From Myxococcota bacterium (GTDB taxonomy: Bacteria > Myxococcota_A > Polyangia > Polyangiales > Sandaracinaceae): 64,000 nucleotides of DNA. The stretch is taken from the NCBI GenBank assembly GCA_036149055.1, contig JAYZQJ010000007.1, positions 1-64,000 of the forward strand. The letters are read 5' to 3'. Under the pieces are notes generated by a model, which was not told the origin of the DNA, searched no databases, and saw nothing but the letters and a program-made list of their open reading frames with translations. Positions within the stretch are counted from its first letter, which is position 1; each line of letters begins with the position of its first letter. Shown here piece after piece: positions 42,010-51,304 of this stretch. Made by a program: the position numbers and the translations under genes.

Positions 42010-43257
42010 ATGAGCGACTTCCCCGAGGGCTTCCTCTTCGGCGCGGCCACCAGCAGCCACCAGGTCGAGGGCGGCAACATGCACAACGACTGGTGGGACT
42101 GGGAGCAGGCCGGAAAGATCGCCGACGGGAGCACGAGCGGGGACGCGGCCTGCTGGTGGGACGGCAAGGCGGAGGAGGACCTCGCCGAGGCCGCTCGGCT
42201 CGGGCACCGCGCCCACCGCATGAGCCTGGAGTGGAGCCGGCTCGAGCCGGAGCCGGGGCGCTTCGACGCCGACGCCTTCGAGCGCTACCGCGAGATCCTG
42301 CGCTTCGCCGCCTCGCGGGATCTGGCGATCCTGCTCACGCTCAACCACTTCACGCTCCCGCGCTGGATCGCGAAGATGGGCGGCTGGACGCACCCGAACG
42401 TGCCCGCGCTCTTCGAGGGCTTCGCGGCGCGCGCGGCGACGGAGCTCGGCCCGCACGTGTCGCTGTGGGCGACCCTGAACGAGCCGAGCGTGCTCGCGTA
42501 CATGGGCTACGCCGGGGACCGCTGGCCGCCGGGGAAGGGCAGCATGCTCGCGTGCTTCACCGCGCTCCGGCACATGCTCGACGCGCACGCGCTCGGCTAC
42601 GAGGCGCTCCACCGCGCGCTCCCGCAGCCCCGGGTCGGCGTCGTGCTGAACCTGCCGCTCTTAGCGCCGGCCGATCCCGAGCGCGCCCTCGATCGCTGGG
42701 CCGCGAAGGCGCAGGACTGGGCGTTCAACGGGGCCGCGCTCCACGCGCTCACCGAGGGGCGCTACCTCTTCCCGCTCAGCGCGCTCCCGAAGGACGCGCC
42801 CCGGGTCCGGCGATCCTGCGACTGGGTCGGGCTCAACTTCTACGGGCGCTTCGACGTGCGCTTCGATCCGTCCGCCGCCGGCGAGGCGTTCGGCCGCCAC
42901 GTGCAGGAGCCGACGGTCCGCACCGCGCACAACGACTGGGGTCAGCCCGACCCGCGCGGCATGGTGCGCCAGCTCGAGCGCCTCTCGGCGCTCGGCGTGC
43001 CGCTCTACGTGACCGAGAACGGCACCTACGACGAAGCGCAGCGCGACGACTACCTCCGCAGTCACCTCGAGGCGCTCTCGGAGGGCGTGCGCGGCGGCCT
43101 CGACGTGCGCGGCTACTTCGTCTGGTCGCTGGTCGACAACTTCGAGTGGGCGGAGGGCTGGGAGACCCGCTTCGGCCTGCTCGCCCTCGACCGCGAGACC
43201 CAGGCGCGCACCGTCCGGGAGACCGCCCACACCTACGCCTCCATCATCCGCGGGTGA
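42010..43257 (+). CDS. Glycoside hydrolase family 1 beta-glycosidase
   Basis: FPEGFLFGAATSSHQVEG, TLNEP (acid/base), VTENG (nucleophile), WSLVDNFEWAEG. Confidence 0.95.
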   Translation: MSDFPEGFLFGAATSSHQVEGGNMHNDWWDWEQAGKIADGSTSGDAACWWDGKAEEDLAEAARLGHRAHRMSLEWSRLEPEPGRFDADAFERYREILRFAASRDLAILLTLNHFTLPRWIAKMGGWTHPNVPALFEGFAARAATELGPHVSLWATLNEPSVLAYMGYAGDRWPPGKGSMLACFTALRHMLDAHALGYEALHRALPQPRVGVVLNLPLLAPADPERALDRWAAKAQDWAFNGAALHALTEGRYLFPLSALPKDAPRVRRSCDWVGLNFYGRFDVRFDPSAAGEAFGRHVQEPTVRTAHNDWGQPDPRGMVRQLERLSALGVPLYVTENGTYDEAQRDDYLRSHLEALSEGVRGGLDVRGYFVWSLVDNFEWAEGWETRFGLLALDRETQARTVRETAHTYASIIRG

Positions 43258-43273
43258 CGGCCACCGCGCGCTC

Positions 43274-43837
43274 TCACCAGGTTGCGACCTCGATGTCTTC
43301 GCCGTCGTAGCCCGGGTCGAGCGTCAGGCGGCCCTCGGGGGCCGAGCCCAGCGGAAGGCCCCACTGCACCTTCAACTCCGCGTTGACCGGGTCGTACGAT
43401 TCGGTCCACTCCCCCGGATCCCACTCGAGAGCCGCGACCGAGGCCGCGCCCGTGAAGGCGGAGCCGTCGACACCCAGGTACGCGGCCGACACCAACGCGT
43501 GGTCGAAGCGCCCGTCGGCCGTCTGGATCCGCAGGTGTACGAGGAGCCCCGCGTACGGGTCGCAGTCCTCACCCTCGTAGACGTCCGCGTCGTCGAGCGA
43601 GGTGAGGGTGAGGGTCGCCGTGGTCGTGGTGCCGTCGTCGGCCCACGTCAGAGGGACGGTCGTCTCCGTCGCCGCGAGCCGGTCGTCGGGAGTCTCCCCG
43701 CCGAGGAGCTCGAGGGGAGCGGAGGCATCGACGGATCTGAACGTGTCGGGGCAGGCGTTCGAGGCGATCCCTCCCGCGGGGGCGGAGCAGCCGACGAGAG
43801 GCAAGAGAAGAGTCAAACCGAGCAATCGTCGTCTCAT
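43274..43837 (-). CDS. Hypothetical lipoprotein
   Basis: MRRRLLGLTLLLPLVGC lipobox. Confidence 0.7.
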   Translation of the reverse strand: MRRRLLGLTLLLPLVGCSAPAGGIASNACPDTFRSVDASAPLELLGGETPDDRLAATETTVPLTWADDGTTTTATLTLTSLDDADVYEGEDCDPYAGLLVHLRIQTADGRFDHALVSAAYLGVDGSAFTGAASVAALEWDPGEWTESYDPVNAELKVQWGLPLGSAPEGRLTLDPGYDGEDIEVATW

Positions 43838-43994
43838 TCGAGATGAATACGAGTTGTGCGGCAGTCGAGCCAGCCGATGAAGGGTGGGCGGAAGCTTCCG
43901 TCGAGGATGAGGAGAAAACGACGTTGCGTGGGGTGAAACCCCCATCTGGGGACGTGTTCAGCGCAGGGCGGCTGTCGTAGGCTCGACCCTCGCC

Positions 43995-44597
43995 ATGACG
44001 CTCCGCGAGGTCATTCAGCTCCCGCACGCGCGGGTGGTGGTCGAAGCTCGGGACACGCACCTCTTCCTCGACGAGAAGGGGGAGCTGCGGACCGTCGACG
44101 AGGTGGGGCGCTACACGCGAGCGGTGGACCGCCTGATCCGGCGCACCGGCCTGAAGAAGGGCGTGATCGACGCGCGCGGCGAGATCGGTGAGCCCAGCAA
44201 GGCGGTGCGCGACGCGATGTGGGCGTGGATCCTCGCGTCGGACCGTGGGTTCAACCAGGTGGCCTTCGTGCTGCCGACCGAGATGGCGGTCGCGCGGGTG
44301 AACATGACGGCGCTCTCGCACCGGGCGTTCGTGCGCGCGTTCGAGAGCGACTTCGCCGCCCAGCGCTGGCTGGTCCGGCCGCGCGCGAGCACCGGCAGCT
44401 TCCGGCCTCCGTCGTCGCGTCCGCCGCCGATGAGCTCGACCATCCCGCCGAAGGCGGCCCAGAGCCCGGGGCTCTACGTCTCGAGCGAGACGAAGTCCGA
44501 CGACACGCGCCAGAAGCTCCCCCGGTCGGGGACCATGCCCGCGCTCGGACCCGACGGGAGCCCGCGCCCGCCGAAGGCCAAGGCCAAGGGCGCCTGA
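43995..44597 (+). CDS. Hypothetical protein (STAS/SEC14-like fold possible) with disordered tail
   Basis: VIDARG...VAFVLP...VRAFESDFAAQRWL. Confidence 0.65.
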   Translation: MTLREVIQLPHARVVVEARDTHLFLDEKGELRTVDEVGRYTRAVDRLIRRTGLKKGVIDARGEIGEPSKAVRDAMWAWILASDRGFNQVAFVLPTEMAVARVNMTALSHRAFVRAFESDFAAQRWLVRPRASTGSFRPPSSRPPPMSSTIPPKAAQSPGLYVSSETKSDDTRQKLPRSGTMPALGPDGSPRPPKAKAKGA

Positions 44598-44608
44598 GCG
44601 AGGCCCGA

Positions 44609-44992
44609 TCAGCGAGGCAGCGCGCTCGGCTGCTGGGACGCGAGCGCCCGCTTCGCGCCGACGTAGGAGACGACGTTCATCGGCAGCGTCACCGCGGTGA
44701 CGAAGAAGCTGATGATGCCCCACCAGCCGAAGAAGCCGGTGACGAGGGTCTTCGTCCAGAACTCGCTGTCCACGCAGCGGCCGCAGAGCAGGCCCTCGGT
44801 GCGCGAGCCGAAGCGCATGACGAGGAGGCCCACGTTCTGCCCGAAGGAGACGTGGGCGAGGGGCGCGTCGGCGCCGCAGGCCTGGCAGCACCCGGGCGCG
44901 AAGCCGTCGTGCGCGAATCCGTCGTGCGGCGCGAGGCCCTCGTTGCGGAACGACTGGGGGAGGGCGTCCTGACGCTGCGGCTCGTAGTGCAT
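44609..44992 (-). CDS. Hypothetical membrane protein with two CXXC motifs
   Basis: CQAC, CGRC, TLVTGFFGWWGIISF. Confidence 0.7.
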   Translation of the reverse strand: MHYEPQRQDALPQSFRNEGLAPHDGFAHDGFAPGCCQACGADAPLAHVSFGQNVGLLVMRFGSRTEGLLCGRCVDSEFWTKTLVTGFFGWWGIISFFVTAVTLPMNVVSYVGAKRALASQQPSALPR

Positions 44993-45027
44993 GGCGACGA
45001 GGGTACGCCGCGCCGGCGCGGATCTCC

Positions 45028-45510
45028 CTACCGGACCTTGGTCTTGGCGCCGGCGAGCTTCAGGACGGTCTTGAAGTGCGCCTTGTCGACCGGCTGCACG
45101 CTGAAGCGGATGCCGCGCTTGATCACCATCATGCCGTCGAGCGCCTCGGCGTGCTCCTTGAGGACGTCGAGGCCGAGCACCTCGTCGAACTTCTCGACGA
45201 AGGCGAGGTCGACGAGCTGCCAGCGCGGCGCCTCCTTCGTCGACTTGGGGTCGTGGTATTTGCTCTTCGGGTCGAACTGCGTCGGGTCGGCGTAGGCCTC
45301 GGTGGCCACCTCGGCGACGCCGGCCACCCCCGGGGGCTTGGCGTTCGAGTGGTAGAAGAGCACGAGGTCGCCGACCGCCATCTCGTCGCGCATGTAGTTG
45401 CGCGCCTGGTAGTTGCGGACGCCGTCCCACTCGGCCTGGCCGTCTCGCTCCAGGTCCTCGATGGAGTAGACGTCGGGCTCGCTCTTCATGAGCCAGAACT
45501 TCTTGGCCAT
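45028..45510 (-). CDS. EVE domain protein
   Basis: WLMKSEP, WDGVRNYQARN, FYHSN, YHDPKS, RFSVQPV. Confidence 0.95.
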   Translation of the reverse strand: MAKKFWLMKSEPDVYSIEDLERDGQAEWDGVRNYQARNYMRDEMAVGDLVLFYHSNAKPPGVAGVAEVATEAYADPTQFDPKSKYHDPKSTKEAPRWQLVDLAFVEKFDEVLGLDVLKEHAEALDGMMVIKRGIRFSVQPVDKAHFKTVLKLAGAKTKVR

Positions 45511-45890
45511 CACTCGGTCTCCTTGGCGATGCCGAACAGCTCCTCGATGGTCTGCTCGTGGAAGAGGCTCCCGCGCATGCCCACCACGCGCTCCTTCTCG
45601 CGGCCGCCCTTCAGGTAGATCACCGTCGGGGTGCCCTTCACCTTCATCCGCATCGCGCTCCGCGGCGCGGCCTGGCTGTTCATCTCGCAGACCTTCACCC
45701 GGCCGTCGTACTCGGCGGCGAGCTGCATGATGATCGGCTCGAGCTTCTTGCAGGGCTGACAGTTCGGGCCCCACACGTCGAGGATCACCGGCTCCTTGGA
45801 CTGGAGCACCTCACGCTGGAAGTTGTCGTCGTCGACGTGGACGGGCTGCTTCTTGGGCGTGATGCCGAGCAGCTTGGCGAAGAAACCCAT
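45510..45890 (-). CDS. Thioredoxin family protein
   Basis: WGPNCQPCK active site; GTPT. Confidence 0.9.
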   Translation of the reverse strand: MGFFAKLLGITPKKQPVHVDDDNFQREVLQSKEPVILDVWGPNCQPCKKLEPIIMQLAAEYDGRVKVCEMNSQAAPRSAMRMKVKGTPTVIYLKGGREKERVVGMRGSLFHEQTIEELFGIAKETE

Positions 45891-45924
45891 GGCGCGTGGT
45901 CTACTCGTATCCGCGGGCTCCGCA

Positions 45925-46027
45925 AATAGGTGAAGCGCCCCGGGCGTGGCGGCCCGGGGCGCTTCTGGATGGATGGATGAATGGAACGATCGACTCGTCC
46001 GCGGCCACGTCTCCCGCGAACGAAGAC
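45925..46027 (-). ncRNA. Candidate ~100-nt sRNA: 5' hairpin, UCCA-repeat single-stranded region, 14-bp terminal hairpin
   Basis: Stem 45994-46025; (tgga) repeats 45966-45985; perfect gaagcgccccgggc/gcccggggcgcttc 45932-45965; ECF-like GAAACC-N15-CGAT upstream on the minus strand. Confidence 0.4.
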
Positions 46028-46075
46028 CTCATCGCACCGACCCCGCGCAGGTTTCCTCCTTGGACGAAAAAAAGA

Positions 46076-46618
46076 TCACCGGAGGCCGGCGCTCAGCCGG
46101 ACGCGGGAGAACCAGGGCTCGTGGGCGTCGCCGCGGGCCGCGTCCATCGCCTGGACGACGTCCTCGTAGGGCACGAGCGGATCGGCGGTGAGGATCAGGG
46201 AGTCCTCCTCGGGAAAGCGGCGGTGCACGGCGCGCAGGCAGTCCCGCAGGCCGGCGAAGTCCTGGCCTCGAGCGGTCCGGGGCACCGTCACCACCGCCCT
46301 CGACGTGGTGTCCGCGCAGCCCGGCGCGAGGTGCGCGCCCTCGCCGGAGACGAAGACGCCCTCCTCGGCGACGGTCACCGAGAGGTTCAGGCTGCGGGGC
46401 GGACGCTGACAGCCGGTCGCGCACGTCGCCGGCAGCTCCACCTCGACCTGGGCCACGGCGATGGCGGCGGTGGTGGTCGCCAGCAGGAAGAGCATCACGT
46501 TCACCACGATGTCGAGGAAGGGCACGATGTTGAGCTCGCCGCCTTGCTCGGAAGGATCGAGGTCACGAGCCCGGGTGGCCCGGCGGACGAGGCGGCGCTG
46601 ACGCGGCGAGAGCTTCAT
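46076..46618 (-). CDS. ExbD/TolR family protein (AglQ/AglS-like)
   Basis: GELNIVPFLDIVVNVMLFLL; ILTADPLVPYEDVVQAMDAAR. Confidence 0.88.
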   Translation of the reverse strand: MKLSPRQRRLVRRATRARDLDPSEQGGELNIVPFLDIVVNVMLFLLATTTAAIAVAQVEVELPATCATGCQRPPRSLNLSVTVAEEGVFVSGEGAHLAPGCADTTSRAVVTVPRTARGQDFAGLRDCLRAVHRRFPEEDSLILTADPLVPYEDVVQAMDAARGDAHEPWFSRVRLSAGLR

Positions 46619-46657
46619 GGCCCGAGTGACAATGTCCACGCGTCCGAGTTCCCGGGT

Positions 46658-47410
46658 ATGCTCGCCGCCGTGGCGCGCGTGACCCTCGCCTTCCTCCTCC
46701 TCGCCTTCGCGTCGCCGGCGGCGGCGCAGGGCGACGGGCTCGACGACATCCCGATCGCCAGCCAGCGCCCGACCTCGGGGGAGGCCTCGCTGCTGAGCGG
46801 CCGCACCCTCGGGGTGGGCGAGGTGTTGGTCGCGGGCGCGGCCGGCTGGCCGTGGATCTGGGCCCAGGCCGAATTCGCGCTGACCTCCAGCTTCAACGTC
46901 GGCATCCGGCCGGCGCTGCTCTACGGCTCGCCGTTCATGGCCCTCGAGCCCGGGGTCGGCGGGGAGCTCGCGGTGCCGATGCGCATCCACCTCTTCGGCG
47001 AGGGGGAGCTCGACCTCGCCGCGTTCATCACCCCGGCGGTGGCGGTCGGCGAGGCGGCGGCGACGGCGGGGGAGGGCGGCACGGTGTTCGCGGGTGAGCT
47101 GGGCATCGGCACCCGGCTCGAGCTGGGCGCCCGGATCGGCTACCGCGCGATGGAGGGGCTCACCTTCGTGCTCGGCGCGGGCGGCCACGTCGGCTTCGTG
47201 TACGCGGAGGCGGTCGGCGCGGCCGAGGTCATCGGCGCCGCCTTCCTGCAGGCGGGCCTCGAGGGGCTGATCTCGCGGGACACGATGCTCTTCGCGCTCG
47301 TCGACGGCGGCCTGGGCTTCACCCCGAGCCGCGGCGCCGGCTTCCCGCTCTTCCGCGAGAGCGTGCCGCCGCTCTTCCGCATCTCCCTCGGCGTGGCCTA
47401 CCTGCTTTGA
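46658..47410 (+). CDS. Secreted hypothetical protein, possible outer-membrane beta-barrel
   Basis: Signal peptide AAA-Q; amphipathic strands; ends ISLGVAYLL. Confidence 0.65.
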   Translation: MLAAVARVTLAFLLLAFASPAAAQGDGLDDIPIASQRPTSGEASLLSGRTLGVGEVLVAGAAGWPWIWAQAEFALTSSFNVGIRPALLYGSPFMALEPGVGGELAVPMRIHLFGEGELDLAAFITPAVAVGEAAATAGEGGTVFAGELGIGTRLELGARIGYRAMEGLTFVLGAGGHVGFVYAEAVGAAEVIGAAFLQAGLEGLISRDTMLFALVDGGLGFTPSRGAGFPLFRESVPPLFRISLGVAYLL

Positions 47411-47441
47411 CGCCGAGGGGCGCGGACCCCATGACACCCGC

Positions 47442-48122
47442 GTGCTGATCGACGTCGTCATCCCCGCGCTCGACGAGGAGGAGGCGCTGCCCCACGTGCT
47501 GGCCGCGATCCCGGAGGGCGCGGTGCGCCGGGTGGTGGTGGCCGACAACGGGAGCCGCGACCGCACCGCGGAGGTCGCCCGCGCGGCGGGGGCGGAGGTC
47601 GTGCGCGAGCCGCGCCGGGGCTACGGCGCCGCGTGCCTGAAGGCGCTCGCCCATCTCCGCCGCGACCCGCCGGACGTGGTGGTCTTTCTCGACGGCGATC
47701 ACAGCGACCACCCGGAGGAGCTGCCCCGGCTGCTCGCGCCGATCGCGCGCGGCGAGGCGGACCTGGTGGTGGGCTCGCGGGCCCTCGGGCACGCCGAGCG
47801 GGGCGCGCTCACCCCGCAGCAGCGGGTGGGCAACGCCATCGCCTGCGTGGCGCTCCGGCTCGTCTACGGGGCGCGCTACACCGACCTCGGCCCCTTCCGC
47901 GCGATCCGGTGGGAGGCGCTCGAGCGGCTGGGCATGGTCGACCTGGACTACGGCTGGACGGTCGAGATGCAGATCAAGGCGGCCCGCCGGCGGATCGCGC
48001 ACGCCGAGGTGCCGGTGAGCTACCGGCGTCGCATCGGCGTCTCGAAGGTCAGCGGCACCCTGCGGGGCACCCTCGGCGCGTCACGAAAGATCCTCTGGGT
48101 CCTGGCCCGGCATGCGCGCTGA
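47442..48122 (+). CDS. Glycosyltransferase family 2 (DPM1-like)
   Basis: VIPALDEE, DNGSRD, FLDGD, TDLGPFRAI, GWTVEMQ. Confidence 0.93.
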   Translation: MLIDVVIPALDEEEALPHVLAAIPEGAVRRVVVADNGSRDRTAEVARAAGAEVVREPRRGYGAACLKALAHLRRDPPDVVVFLDGDHSDHPEELPRLLAPIARGEADLVVGSRALGHAERGALTPQQRVGNAIACVALRLVYGARYTDLGPFRAIRWEALERLGMVDLDYGWTVEMQIKAARRRIAHAEVPVSYRRRIGVSKVSGTLRGTLGASRKILWVLARHAR

Positions 48123-48753
48123 GATCGCGGTCTTCGCCCGGGCGCCGCGGCCCGGCCGCACCAAGACCCGGCTGATCCCGGCGCTCGGCCCCGAAGGCGC
48201 GGCGGCGCTGTACGCGGCGTTCCTCGAGGACACTCTGACCAAGCTCGAGGGGCTCGACGCGCGGCTCTGGGCGGCGTCCGAGGCCGACGCGCCCGCGCTC
48301 GAGGGGCGGGGCTGGCCGGTGAGCGCGCAGGTGGGCGGCGACCTGGGCGCGCGCATGAGCCACGCGATCGCCGAGGGGCTCGGCCGCGCCGACGCGGTGA
48401 TCGTCATCGGGACCGACGCGCCGACGCTGCCGACCGCGCGGCTGCGCGACGCGATCGACGCCCTCCGAACCCACGGCGCGGTGCTCGGGCCGTCGGCGGA
48501 CGGGGGCTACTACCTCATCGGCAGCCGGGCGCCGGTGTCCTTCGGCGCGGTGCGCTGGTCGACGCGCCACGCGCTGGCCGACACGCTCGCCGGGCTCGGG
48601 TCTCCCGCGCGGCTGCTGCGGCCCTGGTACGACGTCGACACCCCGGACGACCTCGCGCTGCTCCGCGCTCATCTCGCCCTGCGGAGCCGCGACGCGCCGG
48701 CCACCTCGCGTGCGCTTTCGCGGCATTTTGACCACTCCGCGGCCGACGGTTAG
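48112..48753 (+). CDS. DUF2064 / TIGR04282-type GT-A fold protein
   Basis: PGRTKTRL, GDLGARM, IGTDAP, GPSADGGYYLIG, DVDTPDDL. Confidence 0.9.
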   Translation: MRAEIAVFARAPRPGRTKTRLIPALGPEGAAALYAAFLEDTLTKLEGLDARLWAASEADAPALEGRGWPVSAQVGGDLGARMSHAIAEGLGRADAVIVIGTDAPTLPTARLRDAIDALRTHGAVLGPSADGGYYLIGSRAPVSFGAVRWSTRHALADTLAGLGSPARLLRPWYDVDTPDDLALLRAHLALRSRDAPATSRALSRHFDHSAADG

Positions 48754-48805
48754 CCTACGGGCGTCCGTCATCGGCCGCCGTGCGTCCGTGCCGGCGGGTT
48801 TGACC

Positions 48806-49459
48806 ATGGCCGACGACCAGCTCTTCGCACGATTCGGCAGGACCTGTGAGCCGGGCGAGGTCCTCTTCCGGGAGGGCGAGCACGGCGATCAGATGTACGT
48901 GCTCCAGGAGGGCGCGATCCGGATCACCAAGGCGGTGAAGGGCGAGGAGAAGACCCTCGCGCTGCTCGGCCCGGGTGAGTTCTTCGGAGAGATGGCCATC
49001 CTCAACGCCAAGCCGCGCACCGCGACCGCGGTGGTGGAGCATCAGGCCAAGGTGCTCGTGCTCGGCGCCAAGGCGTTCGAGCGCATGGTGGTGAGCAACG
49101 CCGAGATCGCGGTCCGCCTCATCAAGCGGCTCGCGCGCCGGCTCGACTCCGCCAACGAGCTCATCGAGGTGCTCATGCACCGCGACCCCAAGGCGCGCGT
49201 GATCCTCGGGCTCAGCCGCGAGGCGCAGTTCCTCGGCCAGCGCCGCGAGGACGGCTCGGTGCTGGTGCCGCTCTCCGAGGAGGAGCTCGCCGAGCAGGTG
49301 GGCCTCTCGGAGGCCGAGACCGCCGAGGTGCTCAAGCGCCTGCGTCGCCTCCACATCGTCGATCCGGCCGGGCCCGAGGGCGTCGTCGTGCGGGACACCG
49401 CCCGCCTCGACGAGTTCTACGAGTTCCTCGAGATGCGCGAGAAGTTCGGGGACGGCTGA
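48806..49459 (+). CDS. Crp/Fnr family cNMP-binding regulator
   Basis: LFREGEHGD, GEFFGEMAIL...RTAT; C-terminal HTH EELAEQVGLS. Confidence 0.9.
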   Translation: MADDQLFARFGRTCEPGEVLFREGEHGDQMYVLQEGAIRITKAVKGEEKTLALLGPGEFFGEMAILNAKPRTATAVVEHQAKVLVLGAKAFERMVVSNAEIAVRLIKRLARRLDSANELIEVLMHRDPKARVILGLSREAQFLGQRREDGSVLVPLSEEELAEQVGLSEAETAEVLKRLRRLHIVDPAGPEGVVVRDTARLDEFYEFLEMREKFGDG

Positions 49460-50226
49460 TGGAGCTTCGCGTACTCGGCTGTCACGGCGGGGAGACCCCG
49501 CGGCACAAGACCTCGAGCTTCCTGCTCGACCAGCGCGTCGCCATCGACGCCGGCGCGGTCACGAGCATGCTCGAGCTGTCCGAGCAGAAGAAGGTCGAGA
49601 CGGTGCTCGTCAGCCACGCGCACCTCGACCACATCAAGGACCTCGCCACCCTGGCCGACAACCGCTGCCAGCAGGGCGGGCCGACGCTCACCATCGCCGG
49701 CGTCCCGGCGACCATCGCGGTCCTGCGCGACCACTTCTTCAACGACCTGCTCTGGCCGGACTTCTCCAAGATCCCCGCCGGGGACGGGCCGACGCTCCGC
49801 TTCCAGGAGCTCGAGCCGGAGAAGCCCACCCAGCTCGGCGACGTCGAGGTCCGCGCGGTGATGGTCGACCACACCATCGACACCTCGGCCTTCGTGGTCC
49901 GCAACCACGAGGGCGCCATCGCCTACAGCGGCGACACCGGCCCGACCGACCGCTTCTGGGAGGTGCTCGCGCAGACCGAGGATCTGCGGGCGCTCCTGAT
50001 GGAGGTCTCCTTCCCCGACGAGCACCACAAGCTCGCGAAGGTCTCCGGCCACCACACCCCCGAGACGCTCGCCAAGGACCTCGCCAAGCTCGACGGTCAG
50101 CGCGGGCTGCCGGTGCTGCTCTATCACATCAAGCCGGTCTTCGAGGGCGTGGTGGAGAAGCAGCTCACCAAGGTGCGCGGTCAGAACATGGAGATCTGCC
50201 GCCTCGGTGACCAGTTCCTCTTGTGA
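49459..50226 (+). CDS. Class II (metallo-beta-lactamase fold) cyclic nucleotide phosphodiesterase
   Basis: LGCHGG, IDAG, SHAHLDHI, FNDLLWPDF, SGDTGPT, EVSFP, YHIKP. Confidence 0.88.
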   Translation: MELRVLGCHGGETPRHKTSSFLLDQRVAIDAGAVTSMLELSEQKKVETVLVSHAHLDHIKDLATLADNRCQQGGPTLTIAGVPATIAVLRDHFFNDLLWPDFSKIPAGDGPTLRFQELEPEKPTQLGDVEVRAVMVDHTIDTSAFVVRNHEGAIAYSGDTGPTDRFWEVLAQTEDLRALLMEVSFPDEHHKLAKVSGHHTPETLAKDLAKLDGQRGLPVLLYHIKPVFEGVVEKQLTKVRGQNMEICRLGDQFLL

Positions 50227-50242
50227 GCCTAGGCTCCGGCCC

Positions 50243-50761
50243 ATGCGTACGCTGATGATGGTGACCGCCCTCGCGCTCAGCGCGTGCGGGGCGACCCAGT
50301 CCGGCTCGGGCGGGCTCCTCTCCGAGGGCGACCCGGCGCCGGACTTCGTGGCCCAGGACCAGGACGGAGAGATCCGTCAGCTCCGCGCGATCCGCGGCGA
50401 CCGGCCGGTGGTGCTCTTCTTCTATCCGCGCGACGGAACCCCCGGGTGCACCGCCGAGGCCTGCGCCTTCCGCGACGCGTGGGATCGCATCGAGGCCACC
50501 GGCGCGACGGTGGTGGGCGTGTCGACCGACGACGTCGCCGCCCACCGCGCCTTCGCCGAGGAGCACGGCCTCCAGTTCACGCTGCTCGCCGATCCCGAGG
50601 GCGAGATCCTCGAGAAGTACCGCGTGCCCAGCCGGATGGGCATGGCGGCGCGGCTCACCTACCTCATCGACGGCGAGGGCCGCGTCGCGCGCGTGTTCCC
50701 GGACGTCGACCCGGCGGTGCACGTCGACGAGGTGCTTGCCGCCATCGCTGCGCTCGAGTGA
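50243..50761 (+). CDS. bcp: Peroxiredoxin BCP/PrxQ with lipoprotein signal
   Basis: LSAC lipobox; FYPRDGTPGCTAEACAFRD. Confidence 0.88.
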   Translation: MRTLMMVTALALSACGATQSGSGGLLSEGDPAPDFVAQDQDGEIRQLRAIRGDRPVVLFFYPRDGTPGCTAEACAFRDAWDRIEATGATVVGVSTDDVAAHRAFAEEHGLQFTLLADPEGEILEKYRVPSRMGMAARLTYLIDGEGRVARVFPDVDPAVHVDEVLAAIAALE

Positions 50762-50905
50762 AGCGGTTGCGCGTCGAAGGCCTGACATCGCTGTCGGGGT
50801 CCCCACGCCCTCGTTCGGGGGTGGTGAGGCGAAAGCGCAGTCGATTTCTTGCCCGATCGTGGCGCATCCCCTCATGGCTAGAGGCGGGGCGCCTCGGCCC
50901 GGCGT

Positions 50906-50921
50906 TGGATCGGTCGTTGCA
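50906..50921 (+). promoter_or_regulatory. Putative sigma54 -24/-12 promoter
   Basis: TGGATCG-N4-TTGCA with GG-N10-GC spacing, ~40 nt upstream of ATG 50962. Confidence 0.5.
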
Positions 50922-50961
50922 CTCCCATGGTCGCGAGAGCGACGAGCGAGGGAGCCGGGAC

Positions 50962-51273
50962 ATGATGCACGCCAACGACAGCCGAGAGCAGATCCTCATC
51001 CGCCGGGCGCGCCGCCACGCGCGCAAGGGCGACTACCGAAAGGCGGCCATCGCGCTGCGAGAGCGCGTGGCCCTGCGCGGAGACGCCGCGTCCTGGGTGG
51101 CGCTGGGCGACATGCTGCGCCGCGCCCGCCGCGTCCCCGAGGCGGTGAAGGCGCTCAAGCAGGGCATGTTCCTGCACCGTCAGAAGGGCGCCGACGGCCG
51201 GGTCCGCACCGTGGCCCGCATGCTCGTCGCGCTCGACCCGTGGGACTCGAAGCTCGCCGACATGGTCGCCTGA
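50962..51273 (+). CDS. Small basic TPR-like protein
   Basis: GGAG SD; AASWVALGDML...EAVKALKQG. Confidence 0.7.
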   Translation: MMHANDSREQILIRRARRHARKGDYRKAAIALRERVALRGDAASWVALGDMLRRARRVPEAVKALKQGMFLHRQKGADGRVRTVARMLVALDPWDSKLADMVA

Positions 51274-51304
51274 GCCGAGAACGACACGCTCCCCTCACGC
51301 TCGA

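Noticed and set aside
43909..43945. Short hairpin tgggg-tgaaac-cccca and nearby cggaagcttccg palindrome
   Set aside because: Too short and single-copy to distinguish from chance
47442..48753. Arsenosugar biosynthesis cluster
   Set aside because: No radical SAM ArsS or arsenite methyltransferase in the window
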